Shown here piece by piece: positions 1 to 10,663 of a DNA stretch of 64,000 nt (position 1 is the stretch's first letter; each line of letters begins with the position of its first letter). A model generated the notes under the pieces. It was not told the origin of the DNA. It ran no database searches and worked only from the letters and a program-made list of their open reading frames with translations. Source of the stretch: Macrostomum lignano (taxonomy: Eukaryota); contig NIVC01001071.1 in assembly GCA_002269645.1 (NCBI GenBank), positions 124,001 through 188,000 on the forward strand, written 5' to 3'. Made by a program: the position numbers and the translations under genes.

Positions 1-7
1 AAACCAT

Positions 8-589
8 CAGAAAAATACACAACAGAGATAGGAAGTTTTCATTCTCAGCACAAAACTGTTATTGCTTTCGATAGGAGGCAGACCCAATGTTCATCTTTTG
101 ATATGTGCCTTTCTCTGATAGCCCTATATTGATTGATATTCATAAACCTTTTCCTTTAGAAAATTATAATTCTAAGAGTATGTTAATTTTTTATTCTACG
201 TACATTTCCTGTACCTAGAAATCAATCATAAAAATGCATGGCACAGCTCGACTGGTTTTATGAACCTATTTATTTATCATCTCTGTACGTTACACATATT
301 GTTACACAGTCAGCTAATATAAGAATGAAAAAATAGATTCATAAAACCAATGAGCCGATCGCCGTGCCATTTTAATGCTTTTTAGGCACAGGATGACGTA
401 TGCAATTCAAGTACGTAGAATAGAAAATGACATAGAATCCTAATTTTTTCAACGAAAAGCTTATGAATATCAATAGAGCTAAAAGAAACACACAACAAAA
501 GATGAACATTGGGTCTGCGTCCTATCAAAAGCAATAACAATGTTTTTGCTGAAAAAATGAAAACTTCCTATCCATGTAGTGTATTTCTG
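8..589. mobile_element. ~580-bp imperfect palindrome (foldback/MITE-like element), copy 1
   Basis: The left arm cagaaaaatacacaacagagataggaagttttcatt...gacccaatgttcatcttttg is reverse-complementary to caaaagatgaacattgggtctg...aaaacttcctatccatgtagtgtatttctg. Inner pairs also match (ttctacgtac/gtacgtagaa; ggttttatgaacctattt/aaatagattcataaaacc). The centre is near 290-320. Confidence 0.75.
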
Positions 590-740
590 GCGAAAACCAG
601 CCTCAAAAATTTCCTAAGAAATGTAGTTTTCCCGTCCTTCTACCCGAGTAGTCCTTGAGCAGCAGGGGCTGCAACAATTATCGCCACGTTGGGCAGGCCT
701 GGCAGAAAAAGGTACGTCGTACATATGTACATGGTATGCC

Positions 741-927
741 TTAATATTTGCGTCTTAATTTATTTGCGTCTTAATTTATTTGCGTCTTAATTTATTTGCG
801 TCTTAATTTATTTGCGTCTTAATTTATTTGCGTCTTAATTTATTTGCGTCTTAATTTATTTGCGTCTTAATTTATTTGCGTCTTAATTTATTTGCGTCTT
901 AATTTATTTGCGTCTTAATTTATTTGC
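741..927. repeat. 16-bp tandem repeat (ttaatttatttgcgtc) x ~11
   Basis: 10 perfect units at 755-914 plus partial flanking units; absent from the duplicate copy. Confidence 0.95.
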
Positions 928-2127
928 ACCACGGTGCAGATAATGCCGCTACCTCCTCGTGGTCAGAGCGGAGAGCCGCGCTTAACTGCTGCGGCGGCCA
1001 AATGCGGCAGGACCAAGCGAGGGCAGCGGAGCGCCTGTCGGCGTGTTGAGCGTCGGCGTGAGCGGAACCGACGAGGCCGGCTGCGTGGCGCCGCCCGTCG
1101 AGCTGCCGCGCGGTTGAATACTTATTTTTTGCTTGTTTTCAATCTGTGACAGGATTTTTTTGTTAAAATAATGAAATCCTAAGACTTTGTTTTCAAAGCC
1201 AAAAGTCAACTGACAAATCTTTTAAGCCTTCTAAATTTTCAAAATCACGAAATTCTTAAGCAAATTTTAACCCCTGAAATCAAGTGTACGTCCTAGTTCA
1301 GTTTGCCATCATTACTGTCACGTGAATTAGCCAAAGGAGGTACTTCTTGAGCATTAGTGCTAATTACAAGCTATACGTGTTATTAGAAAAATTGTAACAT
1401 CCGAATCAAATTGTAAAATGATTTTAGTCTCATTAATATAAGCCACGCCCTATGCAGGAGGGCAACGGGATTAGACTAATTACATGCGTTGTATCTCTAG
1501 GCTAACTCGACATGTCCGGTGGGTTGAGGTGGCTCCAATCTAAATCCTTCGGTTGTAGTGCTGCCACCAATTCATTCAGAACTCACTCTCCTGTGAGGTT
1601 AAGGTCTAGTTGGAACGAAGAAATAACGAAGACGAGCAAACTCAGTAGAGTGAGTACACCGTGCGGATTTGCGACTCCAGACGACCTACATGTAGTCAGC
1701 AGATCCTGAAAAGCTAAGCGGGGCGATTAATTTAGTTTCGGGGCGGACTCTCAAATTTCAGGGGATCAGGCGGCAGCTGACATGCAGAGAAGACACAGAA
1801 GTTACAGGGAAAGGAAGGCGGTGACGAGGATTTTAGGATTTTTTAGGATTCTGAAGACACTTGACGAAAACAAGCTAGAATTAAGTCTGTATTTTTCGGC
1901 TGTGGCGCCATATAGGGCCAGTGCAAAGAAAGAAATCACGTAAGAAAGTCACATGGTGTCTATTTTTGGCAACTGACGTCAACGACTTGCCTTAAAAAGC
2001 AAGGGCACCAAGGGCACCAAAAAGCAGGCAACAAGTAAACAAGTTGCACTTTGGACTCTAAGAAAACAAGGCTTGTCATGTGACGAGTTCACGTGACAAG
2101 GAAACAGCGAGCCACTAATTAAACCAT

Positions 2128-2709
2128 CAGAAAAATACACAACAGAGATAGGAAGTTTTCATTCTCAGCACAAAACTGTTATTGCTTTCGATAGGAGGCA
2201 GACCCAATGTTCATCTTTTGATATGTGCCTTTCTCTGATAGCCCTATATTGATTGATATTCATAAACCTTTTCCTTTAGAAAATTATAATTCTAAGAGTA
2301 TGTTAATTTTTTATTCTACGTACATTTCCTGTACCTAGAAATCAATCATAAAAATGCATGGCACCGCTCGACTGGTTTTATGAACCTATTTATTTATCAT
2401 CTCTGTACGTTACACATATTGTTACACAGTCAGCTAATATAAGAATGAAAAAATAGATTCATAAAACCAATGAGCGATCGCCGTGCCATTTTAATGGTTT
2501 TTAGGCACAGGATGACGTATGCAATTCAAGTACGTAGAATAGAAAATGACATAGAATCCTGATTTTTTCAACGAAAAGCTTATGAATATCAATAGAGCTA
2601 AAAGAAAGGCACAACAAAAGATGAACATTGGGTCTGCGTCCTATCAAAAGCAATAACAATGTTTTTGCTGAAAAAATGAAAACTTCCTATCCATGTAGTG
2701 TATTTCTGG
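2128..2709. mobile_element. ~580-bp foldback element, copy 2
   Basis: Near-identical to 8-589, with the same palindromic arms. Confidence 0.75.
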
Positions 2710-4907
2710 CGAAAACCAGCCTCAAAAATTTCTAAGAAATGTAGTTTTCCCGTCCTTCTACTTTAGTAGTCCTTGAGCAGCAGGGGCTGTACAACAATTA
2801 TGCGCCACGTTGGGCAGGCCTGGCAAAAAAGGTACGTCGTACATATGTACATGGTATGCGTTAATAGGTCCGAGATCGCACGTTTTTCGACTTTAATTTG
2901 GGAAAAATGCTGCCGGAGATTAGCAACAAGCAGTAGACATTAAAGCAAGCAGTTAAAAAAACGATTTGAATACTTATTTTTTGCTTGTTTTCAATCTGTG
3001 ACAGGATTTTTGTTAAATAATGAAATCCTAAGACTTTTTTTCAAAGCCAAAAGTCAACTGACAAATCTTTTAAGCCTTCTAAATTTTCAAAATCACGAAA
3101 TTCTAAGCAAATTTTAAATGAACTATACATTTTAAAGACTTGTTTTTTCAATGATTAAAATTTTTTTTCAAACAAATCGTTAATTTATGGCGGTCTTCGT
3201 GGCTTCGCATTTCCAATAATAGCCCGGCCTATATATATATAGCTACAATTTTCGTTGTATGATACTCGAAACCAACTTTGAGGACTCCGACGGTCGATCT
3301 TAGATTTCTGGTCAGAGAAATTGCATACAATTCTTCTCGAACAGGTCCGGTTTAAATTATGGCTTGAAAAAGCTGCCGCCATTCTTACACGATTAGAATG
3401 GGAGTGCTATCAATCATCGTATAGCTACGGTAGGCTTGCTACGCCTAATATTAATTAGTAGTAAGAAAACAACTTTATCAATAAAAGCTACGAGTATATC
3501 TAACGAGATATTTGTGAACGATATTTTTTGTTTAGCGACATGTTTCGCCACACAAGTGGGATCGTCAGGCGATAAGTATTGATTATAGGTAAAACAAAAC
3601 CGCGCGAAAATATAAGAGAGAAAAGGGTAGCTAAGACTAAAAAAAAGTGGTTGTCCCTGATAATGATAAAGTTGTTTTTCTTACTGCTAGCATCATGCAC
3701 TATTGCAAAATTTATGATAGATAAACAATTCTAGCCGGTTGTGTCAAAAAGCTGTCGTGTGCTGAAGACAGTCGAAGTCGTACCGTTCCAACGGTCGGCG
3801 CCAAATGGCCTTGCAGTTAAAAAATGGCTAATCTCAGGCGGCTCATTCTTCGATGCCCGAGTCCATATGCTCGATGTAGCAGCTGGGAGAGGTGAGCGCA
3901 TCTGTGTCCCGCTCGTTGCAAATTCCTTCTGATCCCAAGAGGATTAGCTGATAGAGGATTAGCAGCGCGGCCTGATAGGATTTCGACTAATCCTTCGGAC
4001 ACTTCGCACAGAAAACACTATCGGATTTACACGTACATTGTATTATCCAAGATGAAGAATGATTCTGGACTGATTTAATTTATTTCTGTGGAATTATTTA
4101 TCTTCGATTTTGAATTGGCCAGCTGATTTGATGATGTATCAGAAACTTTTGTGATTATCAAAATATTTACCTTCGATCCCAATAGTTGATTAATTTGTAA
4201 TAAATAGCTCTGAAAATAGTATATTCTCATTCAGTTTATTTCTTTTGAAATGGGGGGGGGGGGGGGTAGTATCAATTTCAATAACAATTGCCCCGTTTTC
4301 AGCAGAAGTAATTAAACAGCTAGCTATAGATTTTAGACCGGATAAAAACAAAAAACTAATTTTCTAATAGTACTTAATATTGCTTTGATTATTTACCAAT
4401 TCGATGAAATTAAAGTTAACCAATGTAAGTCGAGTTGAGTAGCTCGGCGCGAAAACAAACAATTAAGTGTATATTTGAAACAGCACAATATACAGTTATA
4501 CTCTTAAGCATATTCAAAGCCTTAACTTTATAAGACGTGAGCTGTCTTGAGTACAAAAACGTAGGACATGTCAAAAAATATAATCAAAAATCGTTCTCGA
4601 TAAACAATTTTATTTTAGTTTAAAATTGATTAGTAAAAGTAGTGAACAAAATCTCGAAAAAAATAGTAGAATACAAGACAATTCTCAATCGCATCGAAAA
4701 TACATACAAGCCGGGAGGCTGACTTGGTATACAGTGTGTACGAGTGTAAAAAGGGGTCACATTTTGGACGACTATATGTGAGAAAAATTGTTTTTGTCTG
4801 GTAGCTACTCTTATTAATTTGTTTAAAAAGTGCTAAGATCCAAGTACGTCTTGCAGTGAATATTGTACAGTTAAAAAGCATCGTTTCCAGACGAGATATC
4901 AAATTAA

Positions 4908-5062
4908 CACATTTGTTTACGTGTTCACATTTGTTTACATTTTCACATTTGTTTACGTGTTCACATTTGTTTACGTGTTCACATTTGTTTACATGTTCAC
5001 ATTTGTTTACATGTTCACATTTGTTTACGTGTTACGTGTTCATAAGTGTTCACACTTGTTTA
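4908..5062. repeat. 18-bp tandem repeat (cacatttgtttacgtgtt) x ~7
   Basis: Direct inspection; every unit contains TGTTTAC. Confidence 0.9.
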
Positions 5063-6030
5063 CGTGAACATTTATGTATCCAATTAAAACAGGTAATTAT
5101 ATCAAAGAAAAAATCTGGAACAGTTAGAATAATCTATTGAATTTTTTTCGTCTTGTTAAAAAAGTACGCGATGGATACAGCAGGTTTTTTTTAATGAATA
5201 AGCCTCTTCAAATCCACGGAGTTAAAAGTCAACTATATCTCAAAAGTTTATCACATGCTACGTATATACGTGCTCGTATATTCCGAATAGTTTAATTGAG
5301 AAAAGTTTTTTAAAATTAAGTGATTTTAACGAAAATTTGGTTTTAATCACTAAATTCATATCAATAGAAAATTCAACAGAAACAGCTCGATTTTTTAACC
5401 TCGAAAACTTGCAATGGAAAAAACGCAAACTTTCCTTCTTTGTCATTCAGAAGTCCAGGAGAAGACATTGGGCGGTATGATTAAGAAATTAATTTTTCTC
5501 GATTTTCTTCGATCCGAATAAACACTTGAATTTCTCTCTTTCTCGCTAGAATATTTTTCCAGAGCTCAGACCCGCAATTTTTTTCGTCTCAGTCTATAAA
5601 ATGTGTGCAGTATAGTAGGAAGCAGAAAACTTAACGCATCCTCAGCTATAGAATTAACAACATGAGCGCAAAAGCATCAACAGCTGCACTGATTTACTGA
5701 GGAACACGTGTCTTTTCTAATGGACTATTTTCTCCAGCAATCAACGAAGACCAGAGGGAAGATGGGAGATTACACTTCGATTGCCTCAGCAATCCTGGCT
5801 TCCATGCATTCGAGTGTTGCTGAAGAGATTAGCATGCATCACAGCAGTATACAGTATTTTGCACTTGCACTCTCTTATTCTGCAGCCTCTGCTTGTGTTC
5901 CGGCTTTTAGCTTGGCCTTCTGCTTCTCTTACTAGTATGTACTCGACAGTTGTCTGCTCTGAATCCGCTCTTCTCTCTCGATATTCCACGTTGCCCATTC
6001 ACGGCCAGGATGGTTGGCCCATAGACAGCG

Positions 6031-8667
6031 CTTCCCTTTGAAAAATCTCGCAAGAAAGTTTTGCAAGCCGAGAAAAAAATTTTTTTTGACTTGCGTTTTG
6101 ACTTGCCTTCTTGACTTGAGTTCACTTGATTTGACTTGACTTACTCCAGAAAAAATCATCGTTAAAGAAGATGTTTCTTTTATTTTCTTGCTTGTACAAA
6201 GTTCTGCTAAGATTTTCCTAATTTTTATTCATACCACCCGTTGTTAATTTAGTGCTAAAAGAACTTGAAACTTCCAAATTGTATAACCGGCCTCCAATAT
6301 GTAATACTTTGGTTGTCCATGCTTCGGTATCGCGAATGCTTTCAGACAATCCTCAGCCGGTTGGCCAGTCGGTGAAGTTTGGCGTGAAGAACCCGACGGA
6401 AACGCCGGCCAACGAGGCAATAGGTAGAAATTGGCCGAGTGGTTGGTGTACATCAGCAGCTTGGCGCTCGTCTCCACCTTGGAGAATAACGATCGATTTA
6501 GGATGACAAATCGCCTGGTTACAATGCGAAAACTACTGAATAATGTACTGAGGTTATCTTCCGTTTCAATACGTTCGTAACTTTTCTTTCAAGTTTCTGA
6601 ATTGTTCTCGTTAAGACGACCTTGAGATTCGAGCGAAAAGTTGTATATATGTACGATGGTAGAGCTGCCTTGAAGTCCTTTTTGTATTACGACCCACGAA
6701 AAATGCCTAGCTATTTTTTGGACAAAGAACAAGTTGCTAAACCATGACCAACTAACGTAAATGCCAAGGAAAAAATAAAATCCTGACTACATTAAGGAGT
6801 TCAACAAATTGATTGTTGGACAGAAGCTAGAGTAACGCAACTCTTACCAGTCGGAACCGGACGTAGGTCTCCTGGGAGGCCCCGCTCAGCCGTTCGCCAT
6901 CAACGAGATCAACACCTTCAGCACGGTGATTGCAGAGAAGTGGCCAAGAAAAAAAAACGACACGAGAAGCAGCATTACGGTCACCTGGCGAATGCTGCGA
7001 CTGCGTCTGGCCGCTTCTAGGAACCACTGCTCCGACGCTTTGTCTCCGTCGTCAGCAGCCTCCGACTGCAGTTCTGACCCACGCTCTGGCGGGTCATTAA
7101 TCGCCTGTTGTCGACCCTGACCGCCCCGACTGTGGTTCGACGACGCTGGCTGGTCATACGGAACGACTCAGCGGCGGCGGCTGCAGCGGCAGCGGCTTCT
7201 GGCGATCCGGCGGCGTCCTCGGCCGTGGCGGCGGCTGCCGCGGCATCCGAGAAATCTACGAGTCGAATGGAGCCGCTTCAGGATGACGCAGTTGCAGGCT
7301 AGCAGCACGCAGAGCGGGCTCAGCGAGTACAGGAGGAAGTCGTACCTGGCAAGTGAAGGGTTTTCAACGACAGACGGTGTTAGAACGACCCTGACTCTCT
7401 CATGCTTCTCTTCTAGACAGCTGTCTGTTCTGAAAAATCTTCCCTTTGAAAAATATCGCAGGAAAATTTTGCAAGTCGAGAAAACTTTATTCAGCTTTAA
7501 ATATTTTTTGACTTCCATTTTTCTTGCCTTCTTGACTTGAGTTCAGTTGATTTGACTTGACTTACTCGAGAAAAAATCATCGTTAAAGAAGATCTTTCTT
7601 TTATTTTCTTGGCTTTTACGAAGTTCTGCTAAGATTTTCCTAATTTTTATTCATACCGCCCGTTGTGAATTTGGTGATAAAAATGCTTAAAACTTCCAAA
7701 CTTTATAACCGGCCTCCAATGTAATACTTTGGTTGTCCATGCTTCGGTATCGCGGATGTGAAGAACCCTCAGTCGACCAGGAAACCCGACGCCGCCGGCC
7801 ACGAGGCAATAGAGGTAGAAATTGGCCGAGTGGTTGGTGTACATCAGCAGCTTGGCGCTCGTCTCCACCTTAGAGAATAACGATTGATGATTTAGGATGA
7901 CAAATCGTCTGGTTACAGTGCGAAAACTACTGAATACTGTACTGAATTTCCGTTTCGTTCGTACTTTCTTCGTTTCTGAAAGTTGAAGTTCGTTGAACCA
8001 ATTCGAGGTAGCTATTTTTGGACACAAGCTTGCTAAACATGACCAAAACTAATGCCAGTAGGAGAAGAAATAAAAATGACCAACAAAAAAACAAGATTGT
8101 GGAAAAAAAGCTAGAGTAACGCAACTCTAAGTCGGAACGTAGTCTCCTGGGAGGCCCGCTCAGCCGTTCGCCCATCAACGAGATCAACACCTTCAGCACG
8201 GTGATTGGCAGAGAAAGAAAAAAGAAAGAAGAAGCATTACGGTCACCTGGCGAATGCTGCGACTGCGTCTGGCCGCTTCTAGGAACCACTGCTCCCGACG
8301 CTTTGTCTCCGTCGTCAGCAGCCTCCGACTGCAGTTCTGACCCACGCTCTGGCGGGTCATTAATCGCCTGTTGTCGACCCTGACCGCCCCGACTGTGGTT
8401 CGACGACGCTGGCTGGTCATACGGAACGACTCAGCGGCGGCGGCTGCAGCGGCAGCGGCTTCTGGCGATCCGGCGGCGTCCTCGGCCGTGGCGGCGGCTG
8501 CCGCGGCATCGCCGAGAAATCTACGAGTCGAATGGAGCCGCTTCAGGATGACGCAGTTGCAGGCTAGCAGCACGCAGAGCGGGCTCAGCGAGTACAGGAG
8601 GAAGTCGTACCTGGCAAGTGAAGGGTTTTCAACGACAGACGGTGTTAGAACGACCCTGACTCTCTCA
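6031..8667. repeat. Tandem duplication of a ~1.3-kb unit (6031-~7401 and 7440-8667)
   Basis: Both units begin cttccctttgaaaaat and end cgaccctgactctctcat. They are colinear with many small indels. Confidence 0.9.
6250..7345 (-). pseudogene. Partial duplicate of GPCR exons 2-3 (TM5-TM7), frameshifted (copy B)
   Basis: Exon 2 at 7345-6848 (acceptor cacttgccag|G TAC GAC, donor CTG|gtaagag) and exon 3 from 6477 (ttctccaag|GTG GAG ACG). There is a 2-bp deletion near 7250 relative to copy A, and a 2-bp deletion in the FYLY codons. No exon 1 belongs to this copy. Confidence 0.75.
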
Positions 8668-9395
8668 TTATCAGGCAGTTTACAGCCTCTGTGCCTTGGG
8701 GGTTGCCCTCATGTGCCCTCATCTGTGAAAGCCTAGTTCCGAGTCTCATCTCACCAGGCCAGCAGCGGCTTAAATCCTTGAAATCTCGGCCTCATATCGC
8801 ACAGAAACACCGTCTCGTTTGCAGCATCAGCCGGGTCCTGCGAGCCTCGAAGCTGACTCAACGGCACCAGGTCGAGCACCAGCATCCAGTGCAGGTTCAG
8901 CAACACGCAGATCATCAGCAGCAGCGGTACGCATCGCCTCGTCTGTCCGATCGCTCGTTGCAACCGCTTGCACGGCCAAACAATAGCAAAACGTTCCACA
9001 GCAACGGTTGCTAAGCAGAATACCGACATGCAGGACGCAAAAGTGAGCACAAAATGAGTCGCCGCGCAGGCTACCACGTGAACTCCTTCCAGCTGCAGGC
9101 CGGTGACATTGTTGACCCACCGCCTGCCGAGACCGGTTATCAGGGTGACCTGGTCGGCTACGCCGATCACGATCAGGTACACAAAGGTGCTGGACGTTTT
9201 CCTGCCGTTGTAGAGACCCCAGGTGCTGAGGATGTTTCCGCAGGTGCCAAGTAGCAGTAGCAATGGGCTGACAATCACCAGAAGCCACTTGTGAGCTCGG
9301 AATTCGGCGTAGTTGTCGTACAGTGACTGCTCGTCTTCTTGCAGCGGAAGAACCATTCTTGAGTCTGCCAGATAGTGAAAATTTCTCATGTACAT
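7647..9395 (-). CDS. Class A (rhodopsin-like) orphan peptide-receptor GPCR, FMRFamide/Srw-like; 3 exons; indels in exons 2-3 as assembled
   Basis: Exon 1 at 9395 (or 9356)-8755: TM1 GTCGNILS, TM2 IGVAD, TM3 VAVERF, TM4. Intron 8754-8611 (TG|gtgaga...ccag|G) splits a Trp codon. Exon 2 at 8610-~8130: TM5 WYDFLLYSLSPLCVLLACNCVI, TM6 RQVTVMLLL. Exon 3 from 7868: TM7 AKLLMYTNHSANFYLYCL. Confidence 0.85.
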
Positions 9396-10663
9396 TACGA
9401 GTAAATGGTAATTTTGATATGGTTGCTAGTTTGCAACCGGCTCTGAGCATCACGAATTCAGGCACCAATAGGCCCACAGCCAGTGAGGAGGCAGGTACAA
9501 GGTAATCATACTCATTCCCCTGATCCCTGAACACACACAAGCACATGGATGGATATACTGTGAAATAAAACAAACTTCAGAGCAACTTAAGGCTCGTTTG
9601 CAACGCTATCAAATCAGGCAACTTCAGTTGTTAGACAAAGACTAGCTAATTAGTACGCAGATTATACGACCAAATCATTTCTAGCAGCGTTCGATGTGGG
9701 CAGGATCAAACCTTTGGACAAACATTTAGACATTTAGACCTTTAGACAAGCTCTACAGAAAATTTTACGCAATAATAAGCAAAGCCAAAACTAGTTGCCA
9801 GCCAGAAGAAGAGCACTTCAAATTTCTTTGTGCCTTACAGTATCTAAGGTTCAGAGAGAGGCGACATGTCTCAGATCAGTGTGACTATAAATAGAAAGAT
9901 CCCTTTCGAACGTGTTCGATCTGTCTTCCTTACTGAACCCCAACGAAATCCCTTACCCTATGCATGCCCCTTGAATTTCTGGGAGCGAGTTTGCGGCTGA
10001 AACTCGACTGTGAATAGATTGGAAAATCGACAGTCAAAGGATGAAGGGAGAGGGAAGTTAAAGAAGACCTACCGAGAATGACAAATGCCCTGGGATCAAA
10101 GAGTCCCTGCTGCTAGCGCAGGAAAGTCAAGTGATTTGTTTATTTTCTCGGAGCCAAATAACCAAACTTCTATTACTTCGCTTCGTATGGCTGTTATAGA
10201 TGAGTCGAAAAAATACTAATCTCCACGATTTGCAAGCAGCAGGTCTCAGGCTTAACGATTTTATTATAAGTAATAACTGATTGCTGTCTAGGCTCTGTGT
10301 ATGACTGGCTTAGGGTTTGGGTTGGTCAACCAAAGACGGAACTATACTACAATGCAGGTCCGTTTGAAATGAAACGTGCTAAAACATGAAAGCCAGAGCT
10401 CGCAGTTCCATGATGGTTATAGAAACAGTCTATTCGATACCTTTAAACCCAGAGACGCGTGAAGTTCTACTACAGGTGCATGCTGCTGAGAGAAAAAAGT
10501 GATAAAAAGTACACGCAAAATTACTCAGGAGTAATAAACCACTGAAACGAGGAGATACTCTATCAGCAGCGGCTTATAGAGTATCTCTATAGAGTAGCGG
10601 CTTATAGAGTTATTTTAATTTAATCAACAGCCTGTAAGCCTCGAGCAATCTATATTTAGCACG

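Larger units (their letters stand above)
1..1270. repeat. Segment duplicated at 2121-3117 (1-~745 = 2121-~2865; 1114-1270 = 2966-3117), with a different middle
   Basis: Near-identical sequence from aaaccatcagaaaaatacac to atggtatgc-ttaata, and again from ttgaatacttattttttgc to caaattttaa. Confidence 0.9.

Noticed and set aside
1271-1764. Possible piggyBac-like MITE: TTAA|CCCCTGAAAT ... ATTTCAGGGG
   Set aside because: The match is only 10 bp, does not extend, and the right end is followed by ATCA rather than TTAA.
3940-3995. Three GGATTA/TAATCC (K50 homeodomain) sites
   Set aside because: They are explained by a tiny local duplication, and there is no other support.
5700-6020. Coding-like remnant (FLYWCH-like CRIRECKCKI or GIY-YIG-like EARIAEAIEV in different frames)
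   Set aside because: The motifs are too short, lie in different frames with stops, and no family can be assigned by eye.
8827-9573. 248-aa ORF overlapping the GPCR in another minus-strand frame, plus antisense ORFs over the lectins and coiled-coil exon
   Set aside because: These are shadow ORFs of GC-rich coding sequence with no recognisable motifs.
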